Below, one piece after another: positions 62,784 through 64,000 of a stretch of 64,000 nucleotides of DNA (its first letter is position 1; every line of letters starts with the position of its first letter). The stretch is from Lophium mytilinum (Eukaryota): positions 752,882-816,881 of the forward strand of contig MU004192.1 in assembly GCA_010093605.1 (NCBI GenBank). The letters run 5' to 3'. A program made the position numbers and the translations under genes. Below the pieces are notes generated by a model, which did no database searches, was not told the DNA's origin, and saw nothing but the letters and a program-made list of their open reading frames with translations.

Positions 62784-63962
62784 ATGGCCGCCCACGGCAT
62801 GCTCACCCCCCCGATGGACCTCCCAGTCGAACTCAACGACCTCGTCACGCTGCACTCGTCGTTTCTCACCGCGGTCTCCCTCCACTACGCGCACAATGGC
62901 AATGCGTCTCCTGTCGATCTGCGCGCCCTCGCTCCCTCGATATCCTCCGTCTGGGGCCGGCGACGCGTGACCCTCGACGACATCAAACTCTGCCTCGGGA
63001 TCCTAAGCGCTGGCGCACCTCATGAATCCCCATTCCGCCTCTCCGACTACGGCTACGGCAAGGTCTGCCTCGAATTGACCGAGCAGATCCAGAGCCGCGG
63101 GGTGATGGCACGACATATTGAGGAGGAGAAGCTGAACGCGAGCTTCATGCAGGCGCTAGAGGGGATGTGGACAACATGGGCCGAGAAGCAAATGCAGGTG
63201 CTGGAGATGCAAAAGCGCGCCCTATTCCTACAGTCTCAACCCCGGAAACGCGGTCGCCCAAGGAAGGCGGTTGCAGAACAGCTTCTCGCCAACCCCAATG
63301 TTTCGATTGAAGCGCCCACGGTCGACACGTTCATCTCACAACTACCGTTAGCCGAAGTCACTGTTTGCGAATCGTTGATCAAGACTCTGCCTCTCCGCGA
63401 AAAGGGCCGCAAGCGCCTACAAGAGATCACCGACGCAGCAGAAGACGCACGCGCGCAGAAGAAGACACGCGTCGCGATCGCGGTTCCGAGATCGCTAAAG
63501 AACCAAGGCCAAAACACGCCCGAACCCGTGGAACCGGTCCAGGCGAAAATCACATCGTTCGCGCCGGTCCGAAAGGCCAACCTCCTGGACCGTATTCTTG
63601 CGAAGCAAGCTGCGCATGCCCTTCTCCCGGATGCGCCAACTCCTGCAGAAATGGCCCGCAAAGCAGCTCTGGGCCGTGCTGAGGAAGTCCTAGGCGTGCT
63701 ATCCATGCTCGTCGCAGCGCGAGGAGGTGGACAACGATGTTCATTCACGATGGCAGCGCTGGTTCAGGCACTACAAGGAAGCGTGAGGAGTCCAATCAGC
63801 AGAGAAGAGGCGTCGAAAGTGGTGGAGGTTATCGCAGCAGAAGTCGCGCCTAGCTATGTGGCGCTGATCCGGATGGGCACGATGTGCAACGTCGTCGTCA
63901 ACCCGATGTACAGGCCTATGGATCTGAGGGGCAACCTGAGGAGCCTAGGTGTTGAGTGCTAG
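62784..63962 (+). CDS. CDT1: DNA replication licensing factor Cdt1-like protein
   Basis: LPVELNDLVTLHSSFLTAVSLHYAHNG...WGRRRVTLDDI...FRLSDYGYGKVCLE, RKANLLDRILAK and SFTMAALVQALQGSVRSPISREEA resemble Pezizomycotina Cdt1 winged-helix regions. Confidence 0.75.
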   Translation: MAAHGMLTPPMDLPVELNDLVTLHSSFLTAVSLHYAHNGNASPVDLRALAPSISSVWGRRRVTLDDIKLCLGILSAGAPHESPFRLSDYGYGKVCLELTEQIQSRGVMARHIEEEKLNASFMQALEGMWTTWAEKQMQVLEMQKRALFLQSQPRKRGRPRKAVAEQLLANPNVSIEAPTVDTFISQLPLAEVTVCESLIKTLPLREKGRKRLQEITDAAEDARAQKKTRVAIAVPRSLKNQGQNTPEPVEPVQAKITSFAPVRKANLLDRILAKQAAHALLPDAPTPAEMARKAALGRAEEVLGVLSMLVAARGGGQRCSFTMAALVQALQGSVRSPISREEASKVVEVIAAEVAPSYVALIRMGTMCNVVVNPMYRPMDLRGNLRSLGVEC

Positions 63963-64000
63963 GAGATCTTTTGTTCGAAGGAGCATATCTATGTTTTGTT

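Overview
Gene-dense chromosomal window from a filamentous ascomycete (Pezizomycotina; Dothideomycete-like by inference). The evidence is short GT-AG introns with CTRAC branch sites, an intron-containing tRNA-His and a RIP-mutated transposon. Recognisable genes: a SET-domain (Rubisco-LSMT/Rkm-type) methyltransferase, GINS subunit PSF3, proteasome activator BLM10/PA200, a probably GPI-anchored S10 carboxypeptidase, a Dabb-barrel protein, a small dsRBD-like protein (needs a GC-AG intron), GDP-mannose pyrophosphorylase MPG1/PSA1, a 2H phosphoesterase divergent from a stand-alone RNase H, a PSP1-domain protein with a triply spliced 5' leader, a homeodomain-like/C2H2 factor, a DUF6604-like protein, Spo73/Mug65, a LEA-like small protein and a Cdt1-like gene. 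A 669-bp non-autonomous DNA transposon (136-bp TIRs, 8-bp TSD) sits at 34666-35334, followed by several kb of gene-poor, possibly pseudogenic DNA. Recurrent sharp C-rich to G-rich skew flips occur regardless of gene orientation. I found no clearly new multi-gene system. The best leads are the 2H/RNase H pair, the skew flips and several unusual splicing or leader architectures. All family assignments come from motif recognition by eye, not database searches.
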